Source: a virus
Length of the DNA: 64,000 nucleotides
Reading direction: 5' to 3' (one strand)
IMG/VR virus record: IMGVR_UViG_3300017750_000002
Coordinates: 6,396-70,395 of that record
Part shown: piece by piece, positions 40,307 through 49,701 of the stretch
How positions within the stretch are numbered: the first letter of the stretch is position 1
Layout of the letters: each line of letters opens with the position of its first letter
The notes under the pieces: model-generated
Databases searched by the model: none
Seen by the model: the letters and a program-made list of their open reading frames with translations, nothing else
Told to the model about the DNA's origin: nothing
Made by a program: the position numbers and the translations under genes

Positions 40307-40675
40307 TCATATATATTCCTCCATATCAAAATCTGGTAGAACTTTGGCAACTACCTCTCCTTCTTCGTCGTACTCTTCTTGCATAATTTGGTCAAATACC
40401 CACTTAGCATCTTCACTGATAACCAGTCGAGTTTTATCAGACCTCAATGAAAATAATGCACACTCTACATTTTCAAGAAATCGCTTTTGCAAAAAAATTA
40501 CACAATTCTCACTGTATTTAACAATGCTCTCTTCGTCCAAATCTAAATCACTTTCCTTCACAACTTCAATAACTTGGTCAAAGGTAATATAACCTTGATT
40601 ATAAAGAAGGTTTAGCAAATGCCTATCTATCAATCCCATCATGTCATATTCCTCACTTGTAATTTTGATGGTCAT
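40307..40675 (-). CDS. Acidic hypothetical protein
   Basis: Coupled ORF. Confidence 0.55.
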   Translation of the reverse strand: MTIKITSEEYDMMGLIDRHLLNLLYNQGYITFDQVIEVVKESDLDLDEESIVKYSENCVIFLQKRFLENVECALFSLRSDKTRLVISEDAKWVFDQIMQEEYDEEGEVVAKVLPDFDMEEYI

Positions 40676-40971
40676 GCCATCACCTGCAACAGTGATATGA
40701 GCGACTCTTTATTCTTTGTGGCTACAAGTGCATGAAGTCGGTCAAAATCGGGTGAATCATCTTGGTCAATAAGACCAATAAGTGTATCTGATAATAGTTT
40801 AGCCATTCTACTTGGATTGGTGTTGATTAACACCTTTGCCATATCCATACTTAGACTTGCTTTCATTACTTCATGTGCCATACAATCTAAGCATTGAACT
40901 CGCATCATTACATCATGCTGATAGTCCGGCTTTAGTGTATATCCTTCGTTATTACATTCTTTACAATTCAT
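40672..40971 (-). CDS. Zn-finger hypothetical protein
   Basis: CKEC...CLDC. Confidence 0.55.
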   Translation of the reverse strand: MNCKECNNEGYTLKPDYQHDVMMRVQCLDCMAHEVMKASLSMDMAKVLINTNPSRMAKLLSDTLIGLIDQDDSPDFDRLHALVATKNKESLISLLQVMA

Positions 40972-41228
40972 TTTGATTCCTCATTATATTCTTTAATTCT
41001 TGCGGGTATTACAACCTCCGCATTACATTTGTCACAACACCTGCCATTGACAACAGGTTGTGCATTGTGTCCGTGTACCCAAAAAGCATTACCATTTGTA
41101 TCATAGTGAATATCAACTGGATTTCCACAAATATCACAAATTCTATCTGATTCCATACCCCATTCATTCAATTCCCTTTCATATTCTACATCTTCATCAG
41201 CATTGTAGGCATCTCCTGTCCAAGTCAT
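40968..41228 (-). CDS. Small Zn-binding phage protein
   Basis: CDICG...GHNAQPV..GRCCDKCN...VIPAR motif common in phages. Confidence 0.65.
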   Translation of the reverse strand: MTWTGDAYNADEDVEYERELNEWGMESDRICDICGNPVDIHYDTNGNAFWVHGHNAQPVVNGRCCDKCNAEVVIPARIKEYNEESK

Positions 41229-41316
41229 TCTTCTTCACCTACCCCAAGATGCTTGTTTAGTTTTCTTAGTTCTTCTAAGATTAGATACATCGTTAGTTCA
41301 TTAATATCCATATTCA

Positions 41317-41952
41317 TTATTCTTCCTCCAGTTTGGCATTATATGTTTGGTTGAATGCCTCAACCTTTTTTGCCATCATAGTATCATAATGGCCTTTAGG
41401 CCACCAATTAGGTGGCTGTGTTTTCCAAGTGGCAAATTCCCACTTTCCTTCAAGATAGTAATGTTGATAAGACCGAATAACAAAATCCCAAGTGTGTTCT
41501 TCTTGGGGTAATCGGTATTTATCAAACATAGCAATAGTCACAGGAGTTAATCCATTGACAGGGTAATCGTGATTTTCAATCAATTTACGGTATGAACCGC
41601 AATCAACAATTCTTTTTTCTGTTCCGTGTTTTTTCTCATAACGATGAGTGTATTCAGAACAAAGGAACACACCGTGATATAAAAGCCAGTCAAAATTATC
41701 AAGAGATTGCCTCGCCCAAATGGTTGAGGGGTGATTTAGCATGGCTGGCTTCATCAATCCCGAACCAATATTTAGATGAAAAGCCTTTAAGTCTTTCAAT
41801 TGAGGCTTTTCACCATAAACATGAACATATTGCATGTAAAGAATGTTGGTATGCAACATTTGACATGTTTCAGTAGGCATCTTGACGATATGTTTGTCAA
41901 GCATTTCTTTTGCTGATTGACTCGGACTTTTTGATAGTGCAAATATATTCAT
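41317..41952 (-). CDS. Pyrimidine-dimer DNA glycosylase (DenV/endonuclease V-like)
   Basis: MNIF.L...DKHIVKM..E..QML, NHPSTIW, EYTHRY and YQHYY motifs. Confidence 0.8.
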   Translation of the reverse strand: MNIFALSKSPSQSAKEMLDKHIVKMPTETCQMLHTNILYMQYVHVYGEKPQLKDLKAFHLNIGSGLMKPAMLNHPSTIWARQSLDNFDWLLYHGVFLCSEYTHRYEKKHGTEKRIVDCGSYRKLIENHDYPVNGLTPVTIAMFDKYRLPQEEHTWDFVIRSYQHYYLEGKWEFATWKTQPPNWWPKGHYDTMMAKKVEAFNQTYNAKLEEE

Positions 41953-42221
41953 TCGGATTCCTCCACAGCACAGTAAGCATCTAGCAGAATGTTAATTACA
42001 TCTACAATCGCATCATTCACTTCATAGTCCATACCATTTACTCGTTGCCTTGCTACTTCTTTAATGTAGCAAAGTAAGTCAAATTCAGTATCTTTTATTT
42101 GTATTAGTTCTTTCATAATTTTAACATCCTTATTGATTTTTGGTATGCTTCAAAGTGGCGCATACCATTCGCCACATATTCTTTGAACAGTATTACTCGC
42201 TGTTCTTCGAGGGCTACCGGC

Positions 42222-42464
42222 CTATTCAAGAATTTCGGCTTGAACAGGCGGTGGGAGCCAATTGGGATTATATCTTTCATATATTTCGTCATAACAACCA
42301 TCACATATTTTTATCATTATTTTTTCTTCTATTTCTATTAGTTCAAGAGTTTGAAACTCTATTAACATATATTTGGTAGCACCGAGGCCACATGCCCCAC
42401 ATTTGGGGCGTTTGTTTGTTTCTTTATCTTCGCTTACGAAGAATTTCTTTATCCAATCTATCAT
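42222..42464 (-). CDS. Small Zn-finger protein
   Basis: CGAC...CDGC. Confidence 0.5.
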   Translation of the reverse strand: MIDWIKKFFVSEDKETNKRPKCGACGLGATKYMLIEFQTLELIEIEEKIMIKICDGCYDEIYERYNPNWLPPPVQAEILE

Positions 42465-42590
42465 AATAAAACCTCAAGTATTTTGGGGGAAGGCAAGAGG
42501 CCAAAAACCAAACCCCTAACCGGAACGCAATTTCTTGCGGGTGAAACCTTAATCCTTCATTACTCCATAAAACCCAAATACCTGCCAGAA

Positions 42591-43742
42591 TTAACCGGCT
42601 GGATTACTCTTGTTAAATATTCGCCTAAGCGCAGTTAGATGAGATTGTTCTAATGCATGTCCTAGTGCTAACATATCTTTAATAGTTGCTAGACTTGTAA
42701 TCTCATGACTTTGCAGTTTATTAATATCATAGTCAGGAAATCCATAATAGTCTTTCATTTCCTCAAATGTTTCATCAGCCCTTTCTAAGATAGCCAATGC
42801 TTGCTTTCTCTTCTTGATTGCACGAATACGACGCTGTTTTTCTTCTTCTATTCGTGCTTGTTCAGCAAGTCTTTCTCTTTCTTCACGACCTGCTTCCCAA
42901 GCGAGATTTTGCAAACGACGCTTTTCACGGTATTCTTCTGCTTGCTTTGCCTTAAAACGATTTTGTTCAACAAGTCTTTCTGTATATTTAGCAAGTTGTT
43001 CATCCTCTTTATCAACAGTTGCTTGGTGAACATGACGAAGAGCATAGAATAAATTCAAATCAGCCCAAAGTCGGTCATTAGGATAACCATACTTTGTCAC
43101 TTGATTCTTTGGATTATCTGCATGATTCCAACGCCAAACAATAGAGGCCATTTGATAACCATAGTCGCCAAATTTGCCTTTTGCTCTTGTCATTAAGTTT
43201 GAATGCATGTAATATTCTACGCTAAGACCTCCACCTCTAGTCGTATAATGCTTATCTTTAACATTGATTCGTGCGTCAAGTTGTTGAATTGCTTCAAACA
43301 TCTCATTAAAGTGTTCACCATTTTCTTCCCACCAAGCATCGCTTTTCATTGTTTGAATGCGAGTCTTGAGCCAATCCTCAACCATAGCATCAGTAATATC
43401 TTCTTGTCTTAGATTAGTATTTTTCATAATTTGACGGATGATAAGATAAGAACCAATATGGTCGGAACCAACGACTTCTTTAACACCCGTTACAGTATTC
43501 TCAACTTGGAAATGATATGCGATATTACGACCACATAGACAATATCCCAAATGTCCTGTTTCTTCAACCCAATCAGGTTGTTGACCATAATGAGTGTGTT
43601 TATACACTTTACCAGTAGTTTCCCATTCATCCTTTGCTTCTTCGTAGTTATCTGCGAATGACAGTTCAACCATCTTTCGTTTTAGGATTTTATCCCAACG
43701 ACCATTTCCTAGACTTCTCTTTGCTTCAATAATTTCTTCCAT
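42591..43742 (-). CDS. Hypothetical protein with Zn-binding motif and coiled coil
   Basis: CLCG...VGSDH; charged helical C-terminus. Confidence 0.65.
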   Translation of the reverse strand: MEEIIEAKRSLGNGRWDKILKRKMVELSFADNYEEAKDEWETTGKVYKHTHYGQQPDWVEETGHLGYCLCGRNIAYHFQVENTVTGVKEVVGSDHIGSYLIIRQIMKNTNLRQEDITDAMVEDWLKTRIQTMKSDAWWEENGEHFNEMFEAIQQLDARINVKDKHYTTRGGGLSVEYYMHSNLMTRAKGKFGDYGYQMASIVWRWNHADNPKNQVTKYGYPNDRLWADLNLFYALRHVHQATVDKEDEQLAKYTERLVEQNRFKAKQAEEYREKRRLQNLAWEAGREERERLAEQARIEEEKQRRIRAIKKRKQALAILERADETFEEMKDYYGFPDYDINKLQSHEITSLATIKDMLALGHALEQSHLTALRRIFNKSNPAG

Positions 43743-44037
43743 TTTGATTCCTCCAATATCTTTCTCTTTGTTGTTCGTTTCTAATATCTGTATTTACCTT
43801 ACTTCGGTATTCGTCAATCACCTTGAAAAACACTTGGTACTTAATATCACCTAACTCAAATTCATCTTTGACTATATTACAAAGCACATTAAACTGTTCT
43901 TCAGTGATTCTCTCCCAAAGACTATAACTTGTTACTTTTCGCCTAGTACGGAAATGTTTCGATTTCCTTGTGTCCTTTAGAGGGACACCAAATACTTCAC
44001 AAAGAAATATTTTACTTTCAGTTATATTGCTTCCCAT
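43726..44037 (-). CDS. Hypothetical protein
   Basis: Coupled ORF. Confidence 0.5.
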   Translation of the reverse strand: MGSNITESKIFLCEVFGVPLKDTRKSKHFRTRRKVTSYSLWERITEEQFNVLCNIVKDEFELGDIKYQVFFKVIDEYRSKVNTDIRNEQQRERYWRNQNGRNY

Positions 44038-44046
44038 TTTAATTCC

Positions 44047-45498
44047 TCAGTTCTTTGGTCGTGGGCCGACATAGTACAAATTCTTTTTTGCCCTTGTAAT
44101 TGCAACATAAATAATATTGCGTTCTTCTCTCGGATTAGTTGCCTTCGGGTGTGGCATTCTCTCCGGTGTTAAGATATAAACATTATCTGCTTCAAGACCC
44201 TTTGCTTTGTGAACTGTTGAGAGCATAATGTCTCCCTTTTGATTAGAGTTGAAAACACGCTTAATTTCAGCAAGTATTCCACCAACAGTATCAGCACGAC
44301 CAGCGAAAACAGTGATACACTTATGCTTGTCTTCTAATGCATTTGCTTGATTTTGCTTATTAGCATTAACAAGGCGAAGGTATTTAGTATTGAAATCAGT
44401 CCTTGCAAGTTGAACAAATTCTTTTGCTGACATATTTTCCTTGTTAGTAATGTTCTTAACTTCATTAATGAGGCCTTTGTGCATGTCTCTTCCGAGAACA
44501 TATGCTGATTTACCTTGAGAAAGCAAATCATAAAAAGCACTCACCAACGGAGCATTGTATCTACAAAGAACAATATCATTCTTCTGTGGATTGAAGTGCG
44601 AATCAACATGAACCGCTCCTTCTTCAGCAGTATCAAGGCAATTAAATTCCTTGACATATCGGTTTGCTTCTTTAACAACCGACTTTGGACAACGCCATGT
44701 GAGTGTCATTGGGAAATACTTGACAGTTTTTCCCATCTTCTCCAAACGCTCGGAAAAAATAGCAATTGAATTCGAGTCTGCGCCTCGGAATCCGTAAATT
44801 GCTTGGTTTTTATCACCGACAATAATACATCGGCCATTTGTCGTACATCGAACAATCAACTCTCTTTGCATTTCATTGAAGTCTTGTGCTTCATCAACGA
44901 ATAGAATGTCAAATTGAGGCCAAGCCCAATCAAGAACAAGCGGTAGCCAAATCATATCATCAAAATCAATTTGGTTTGTATTTTCAATACATTCATCAAT
45001 GACACTACATACATTTTCAATTGACAACTTTTCTTCAAGGGCTGATGCAAACTGGATATTATAATAATCAATAATTTTAAGAACTGCGTCTTCGTCAGTA
45101 CAATCGGTCATTGACCCTTTGATAAGACTAACCAATTTAACCAATTGATTTGCGCTTTGGAAATCTCTACCAAATACTGGCATACTGTCGATAATGTTCT
45201 TTACCTTGAACTTATTAACTTTAGGCTTGATTCCTTGCTTAAAGAAAGCACCAAATCCTAATGCGTGGAAAGTCTTTGCTTCAACTCCTTCCGGTAGTCT
45301 TTCTTGTAGTTCAGTTTGAATAGACTTGTTAAAGCAAAGAAACCCTCGCTTTAGATAAGTTGGTAGTCTTCCAGATGCTTCAACAATAGTAAATGTTTTA
45401 CCAGTTCCAGCACCAGCACCAACAACAATATCATCATTAGTGTTTTGAATTGCATTCCAAATTGCTTGTTGTTCGGGTGTTCCTGTGATATTACTCAT
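44047..45498 (-). CDS. UvrD/Rep-like SF1 helicase
   Basis: AGAGTGKT, TFH, VDEAQD, VGDKNQAIYGFRGA, STVHKAKGLE and YVAITRA motifs. Confidence 0.93.
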   Translation of the reverse strand: MSNITGTPEQQAIWNAIQNTNDDIVVGAGAGTGKTFTIVEASGRLPTYLKRGFLCFNKSIQTELQERLPEGVEAKTFHALGFGAFFKQGIKPKVNKFKVKNIIDSMPVFGRDFQSANQLVKLVSLIKGSMTDCTDEDAVLKIIDYYNIQFASALEEKLSIENVCSVIDECIENTNQIDFDDMIWLPLVLDWAWPQFDILFVDEAQDFNEMQRELIVRCTTNGRCIIVGDKNQAIYGFRGADSNSIAIFSERLEKMGKTVKYFPMTLTWRCPKSVVKEANRYVKEFNCLDTAEEGAVHVDSHFNPQKNDIVLCRYNAPLVSAFYDLLSQGKSAYVLGRDMHKGLINEVKNITNKENMSAKEFVQLARTDFNTKYLRLVNANKQNQANALEDKHKCITVFAGRADTVGGILAEIKRVFNSNQKGDIMLSTVHKAKGLEADNVYILTPERMPHPKATNPREERNIIYVAITRAKKNLYYVGPRPKN

Positions 45499-45854
45499 TC
45501 TTCTTCCCCCTGTGAAAATTCTGGGAATAGATATAATTGACCAATCATTTGTCCCATTTCGTCGTATTGTGGTTCGGCATAGTTAAATCCGATATGCTTA
45601 ATTGCTTCTTCTGTAATTGCATAGTCTGTTCCTGCTGGACCACCAATGTTAATTGTGTAAAGAACAAAACCCAATTCTTTGCACTTTCGTTGCAAAGCAA
45701 TCATATTCATTCTAACTGTGTTCTTTACAGGTAGTGGGTCAATTCCACAATGTCCATTAGCAATTAGCGCATCGGCTAACATTTGCTTAGTCACAGACTG
45801 TTTGTTCATCAATTCATTTATCAGTATTCGCTGTTCTATTTGGTGTATATTCAT
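45495..45854 (-). CDS. Hypothetical protein
   Basis: ORF with RBS, coupled to the helicase. Confidence 0.55.
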   Translation of the reverse strand: MNIHQIEQRILINELMNKQSVTKQMLADALIANGHCGIDPLPVKNTVRMNMIALQRKCKELGFVLYTINIGGPAGTDYAITEEAIKHIGFNYAEPQYDEMGQMIGQLYLFPEFSQGEEE

Positions 45855-45920
45855 ATTTATTCCTCTTGGTTAACAGTTTGTTTCTTTATATGCTTAGGAA
45901 CTGTTAGTCCTAATGTGAAA

Positions 45921-46028
45921 AGGTGGGCGAAGGAGATACGAATTAAATTGTTTAAGAAACGACAAAGAAACTTAAACAATCTACTACTTCTTGTTGCACC
46001 CGTTTCGATATTACTCTCAACTTCGCCC
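45921..46028 (-). ncRNA. Candidate structured RNA immediately 3' of the tRNAs
   Basis: 8-bp closing stem GGGCGAAG/CTTCGCCC followed by ACC; internal 10-bp stem ATTGTTTAAG/CTTAAACAAT. Confidence 0.4.
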
Positions 46029-46036
46029 TTGAATGA

Positions 46037-46111
46037 TGGAACTTATCGGATTTGAACCGATGGTCGCTCGGTTATGAGCCGAGTGCATTAACCATACTAT
46101 GCTAAAGTTCC
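46037..46111 (-). tRNA. tRNA with CAU anticodon (Ile2 or elongator Met)
   Basis: GGAACTT/AAGTTCC acceptor stem, CTCGG-CTCATAA-CCGAG anticodon arm, GTTCAAATC T-loop; CCA not encoded. Confidence 0.93.
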
Positions 46112-46116
46112 TTAAT

Positions 46117-46202
46117 TGGTGTCGAAGGCAGGATTTGAACCTGCGAACCTTTTAGGACAGGAATTTAAGCCCTGCGTGTTTGACCTACTCCACCACTTCG
46201 AC
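46117..46202 (-). tRNA. tRNA-Leu(UAA)
   Basis: GTCGAAG/CTTCGAC acceptor stem plus ACCA, CAGGG-CTTAAAT-TCCTG anticodon arm, long variable arm, GTTCAAATC T-loop. Confidence 0.92.
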
Positions 46203-46442
46203 AATTGTTTGAAAATGACTTTTATTCACAGATATTGTGAATGTGAGTTTATTAGCACATCTTCAACAGTAGGGGTCGCCTAAGTATATAAAAGGGTTGT
46301 CCGTCGGTGCGACCTATTGAATAGAATCAATTAAAACAAAACAATAGCCCTTATTGTTGAATAGATGCACTACTGGCGGGGAGAAAACTTTCACCGGAGA
46401 TGCGTTGAGTTTTTTTAAACAAGAACAAACTCCCCATGTAGC

Positions 46443-46481
46443 AAAAAAAGAAACAAAGGGGGGCGAACCCCCCAATGTTTC
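46443..46481 (-). terminator. TTCG-loop hairpin plus T-tract
   Basis: GGGGGG-TTCG-CCCCCC followed by a T-run on the minus strand. Confidence 0.75.
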
Positions 46482-46529
46482 GGCTCTCTTAATCCTCAGA
46501 TTAAGTGATAACTTCAAAGTGAATTAAAT

Positions 46530-47006
46530 TCACTCTTCGGTTGTTTCCGAAGAAAGGAGCGAATTAACGCTTCCGTCCCATGAACCATCACGGTACATAG
46601 CCGAAAGTTTGTTTCGCATTTTCTTGGTTTGTGCAGATGCAAATTCATCAGCATCTTCGTAAAGGCCGCCACCGGACTTTGTGTGCTTAAACGACAATGC
46701 GGAGATAATTCCGTCATGGTTGTAATAAGCCAAGTTTGCTTCGTTGACAACACCGCAAATTCGGTCAATTGCGACACGAACGCTTGCTGGCACACTGCTC
46801 TTTTGTCCTCGGCGGAACGGAGTTCCGTCACGACCCTTAAGGAGAGCCTTTAGAGCGTTTTGCGCCGCTTCTCTCTCGGTTGGGTTTTCCTGTCCTACTT
46901 GGAGGTGCAATTCAACAACTTGTCGAAGTGCGGCATCCAATGTTTCATCTGCTTCTAAATAATCGTTAATCTCTATGCATAGAGAATCCCACTTTACTTG
47001 TTCCAT
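46530..47006 (-). CDS. Hypothetical helical protein, paralogue of 48728-49252
   Basis: Shares MEQxK, P(F/I)RRG, EFA and W(D/N)G with the paralogue; has its own promoter and terminator. Confidence 0.7.
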   Translation of the reverse strand: MEQVKWDSLCIEINDYLEADETLDAALRQVVELHLQVGQENPTEREAAQNALKALLKGRDGTPFRRGQKSSVPASVRVAIDRICGVVNEANLAYYNHDGIISALSFKHTKSGGGLYEDADEFASAQTKKMRNKLSAMYRDGSWDGSVNSLLSSETTEE

Positions 47007-47032
47007 ATTTTTTATCCTGCCCTGTTGGGCAA

Positions 47033-47066
47033 TCTTGCTACTTTCTACCCATATATAAAGGGAGCC
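47033..47066 (-). promoter_or_regulatory. TATA promoter; near-identical to 39925-39958
   Basis: GGCTCCCTTTATATAT on the minus strand, upstream of ORF 46530-47006. Confidence 0.65.
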
Positions 47067-47242
47067 AATTTGAGCAATAGGTGTGAATCTCCATCATTGA
47101 GATTGGCAAACTCAACTTTATCATCAGTGAAAATCGAAGTCTCAGAAAAACGGCCCGTTTTTCCCTTGCCGTACTTTAAGAAATTCATTTTGAATCAATT
47201 ATTAGATTTGAGCCATTTTCAACATCTGAAAAATCCTCGTTC

Positions 47243-47536
47243 CATCCTATTCTCAATCCTACCCCTTTAGGATTGAAAAACGCCGTACTGCGGCCATGCG
47301 TCCTATTCATCCTATTATCCTATGGGGGGGTGTGTGTTTCTCAAGAGAGAGAGGTTCTCATAAGTACCATAATAAAAATAGGTTATAGTGTCCCTGTGGT
47401 GAGAGTAAGGGGGGTATAGGATGATAGGATGGATAGGATAGATAATAAAAACTATATAAAAATCAATACTTATTATCATAACCTTGCTTTTATTTAGAGG
47501 TTAACCATCCTACAAAATAGGATGAATGGTAGGATG
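47243..47536. repeat. Inverted array of (A/G)TAGGAT repeats, origin-like
   Basis: Three TCCTAT at 47300-47323 face three ATAGGA at 47416-47440; further copies at 47243, 47255, 47268, 47506, 47517 and 47529. Confidence 0.8.
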
Positions 47537-47708
47537 GAATCTTTTTGTCATTATAGTATAATATAGTTATACGATATATGATATAAAGGCAATAGGAATT
47601 AACTGAATGAAATGATATACAAATGTGGTATAAATATATTCTACCCATTTGATGGTCACAAAGGACTACTATGTTTGGTTGCGCTTTGGTTAGTCAACCT
47701 CGATATAG

Positions 47709-47747
47709 AAAAAAAAAGAGAACGGAGGGCCGAAGCCCCCCATTCTC
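47709..47747 (-). terminator. CTTCGG-loop hairpin plus T-tract
   Basis: GAGAATGGGGGGC-TTCG-GCCCTCCGTTCTC-T9 on the minus strand. Confidence 0.75.
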
Positions 47748-47778
47748 GCCCAATCGAACAAACCACACCCAAAACCAC

Positions 47779-48001
47779 TCAATACTCTAACTCAATCAAT
47801 TCCCTCGCAACCCACTTTGTGAAGAATTTTCGACCCATTGTTTTAGAGAGGACGACTTCAAGCAAAAGGTCGCCGTCGTCTTCTTGAAATGAAATCATTA
47901 CATCATTAAACAGATGCGAGCCATGCCATGCTTTTTCAAAGCGGTATTGTCCCTCAGCCAAATTGACTCGTTGCCATGTTTTCGTTGTCTTAAATTCCAT
48001 T
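47779..48001 (-). CDS. Small hypothetical putative early protein
   Basis: Likely start MEFKTT after a GAGGTG RBS. Confidence 0.5.
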
Positions 48002-48279
48002 AGTCCCACCTCGAAGCCAATTGGTCGGCTTTCAACGACTCCAACTCTCGATAGCAATCATCACAAATGAATTGGTCCGAATCGTGATAATCCTCCAAAA
48101 TGCAAATGGCGCATAAGTCAAAATCATTATTCATCCAATCACCCCACAGTCACAATTGAGTGCAAGGAAACGGTACGCATCGACCATAGCAACAGCATTG
48201 TCCTTTTCGTACCAAGTCTTCTTTTTCTTACAATGGCATCGCATTGTCGCTTTTTTCCACTTCTTGTCTTTCTTGTCTT

Positions 48280-48546
48280 TCATTCTTCTTCCCCCGTCTT
48301 GACTGTTGGTTCAGCATCGGTTTGTTTGTACCAAAGGTGGCAAGCATTGTGATGCAAGAACCAATTTTCAGTAAAGGTGGTCAAATTGGTTTCATCGCCA
48401 TTTTCGACTTTGAATACGACTGTTGTTTTGGTAATTCCCTTGTATTGTCCGGTAGGGTTTGCCTCAATCAATCGTTCAAATATCGCCAATGGAACCCAAT
48501 GGTGGGCTATTGTCATTTCAGTGTGTATTGCATAGTTTTCAAACAT
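48280..48546 (-). CDS. Small hypothetical putative early protein
   Basis: GGAGTGA RBS with promoter module upstream; weakly similar to 49489-49698. Confidence 0.6.
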   Translation of the reverse strand: MFENYAIHTEMTIAHHWVPLAIFERLIEANPTGQYKGITKTTVVFKVENGDETNLTTFTENWFLHHNACHLWYKQTDAEPTVKTGEEE

Positions 48547-48561
48547 CTTTGTTCACTCCAT

Positions 48562-48626
48562 TAGTAATCTATTATTATGTATATAACTCAGGGTATCGCC
48601 AAAGCAACCATATGGTACTGCTTTGT
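48562..48626 (-). promoter_or_regulatory. Promoter module with ACCATATGGT palindrome (module 1 of 4)
   Basis: TAGTAA...AT-rich box...CAAAGCAACCATATGGT; repeated at about 49306-49395, 50194-50250 and 50654-50710. Confidence 0.75.
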
Positions 48627-48654
48627 TGCCGTAGGCGTACCTCGATTTTGAAAT

Positions 48655-48693
48655 AAAAAAAATCCCCTCCGACCCTCGAAAGGGCCGGAAGGG
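48655..48693 (-). terminator. Hairpin plus T-tract
   Basis: CCCTTCCGGCCCT-TTCG-AGGGTCGGAGGGG followed by a T-run on the minus strand. Confidence 0.75.
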
Positions 48694-48727
48694 TGCAACA
48701 TGAGGCGAGGCGAATCAATCACTCAAT

Positions 48728-49252
48728 TCACTCGGAGTCGGAAACCTCCGAATTGTCGGCCTTTGGAGCAGGTAGGTCCATACCTGTGAGGTCTGCGGCG
48801 TTATACGCCCCGTTCCATCGCTTTTCGTTGATAGCCACCTTCAACTTTCGTTGAACGGATTGGGCCATGTCTGCGGCAAACTCTTCAATTGAAGAGTATC
48901 GGCCACTTCGCTTGTTGGTCTGTCGTGGTAGCATTACATCAAGAATGAGGTCTGCTTCACCAATTGAAGCAAATGCATTTTCGATACGACTCGTGACAGA
49001 ATCCACAGTTGCCATTTGCTCCGCCGTGAGGTTGGATTGAATACCTCGGCGGATAGGGGATTTTGGGAGAGTACCACACAATGAACGAACTGAAGCCCAA
49101 AATTTATCTCGGTCCTCGTCGGAGTCTGCGGTCAATCCTGCTTGAAGTGTTGCTTCAATGACCGGACCCAATGCACCTGCGTCATTGTGTTCAAGCCATG
49201 TTAAAATCTCGTTTGCCTTTGTTTCATATTTTTGTTGTTCCATAATTTTCAC
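48728..49252 (-). CDS. Hypothetical helical protein, paralogue of 46530-47006
   Basis: Same shared motifs as 46530-47006; stand-alone cassette. Confidence 0.7.
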   Translation of the reverse strand: MKIMEQQKYETKANEILTWLEHNDAGALGPVIEATLQAGLTADSDEDRDKFWASVRSLCGTLPKSPIRRGIQSNLTAEQMATVDSVTSRIENAFASIGEADLILDVMLPRQTNKRSGRYSSIEEFAADMAQSVQRKLKVAINEKRWNGAYNAADLTGMDLPAPKADNSEVSDSE

Positions 49253-49305
49253 CTGTCCTATTCGTTTGTGAACGAATGATTGGATTGCCTCGCCTCACGA
49301 AGCAA

Positions 49306-49395
49306 TAGTAACATGTCTGTAAGTATATAGTTAGGCCGCCAAAGCACACCATATGGTTGTATTTATTTTATTTACAACCATATGGTTCTTCTTTG
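49306..49395 (-). promoter_or_regulatory. Promoter module with two inverted palindromes
   Basis: ACCATATGGT at 49348-49357 and 49377-49386, inside the larger inverted repeat CCATATGGTTGTA...TACAACCATATGG. Confidence 0.75.
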
Positions 49396-49418
49396 TGGCT
49401 TGCGAACCCCAAAATGAC

Positions 49419-49461
49419 AAAAAAAATAGGAGGAAACCGGCCCGAAAGCCGATTTCCCCCT
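49419..49461 (-). terminator. Hairpin plus T-tract
   Basis: GGGGAAATCGGC-TTTCGG-GCCGGTTTCCTCC followed by a T-run on the minus strand. Confidence 0.7.
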
Positions 49462-49488
49462 TTATCCACGCTTTTCGAGGGTTAATCT

Positions 49489-49698
49489 CTATTCTTCTTC
49501 GCCTCGGTATTCGTCAATGTCTTCATGTTCCAAAAACCATGTTTCTTGAAAGTTTCTTTCTTGCCAAGACTGTTTGAACACAATGGTATTCCCCCCCAAA
49601 TCCCGATATTCGCCTTTGGGATACATTTTAATCAATCGAAGGAATGTGCCCAAATCAACGCCAAAGTGATTTATTGAATAGGTTGTTCTTTGATTCAT
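49489..49698 (-). CDS. Small hypothetical putative early protein
   Basis: ORF within cassette. Confidence 0.55.
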   Translation of the reverse strand: MNQRTTYSINHFGVDLGTFLRLIKMYPKGEYRDLGGNTIVFKQSWQERNFQETWFLEHEDIDEYRGEEE

Positions 49699-49701
49699 GC
49701 T

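Noticed and set aside
46998-47887. Plus-strand ORFs 46998-47270 and 47612-47887
   Set aside because: They overlap promoter, repeat and terminator elements, oppose the local gene direction, and have atypical composition.
27376-49698. Many minus-strand proteins end in GEEE/EEE, resembling a shared C-terminal tag
   Set aside because: Explained by the next gene's purine-rich RBS and overlapping ATGA start/stop.
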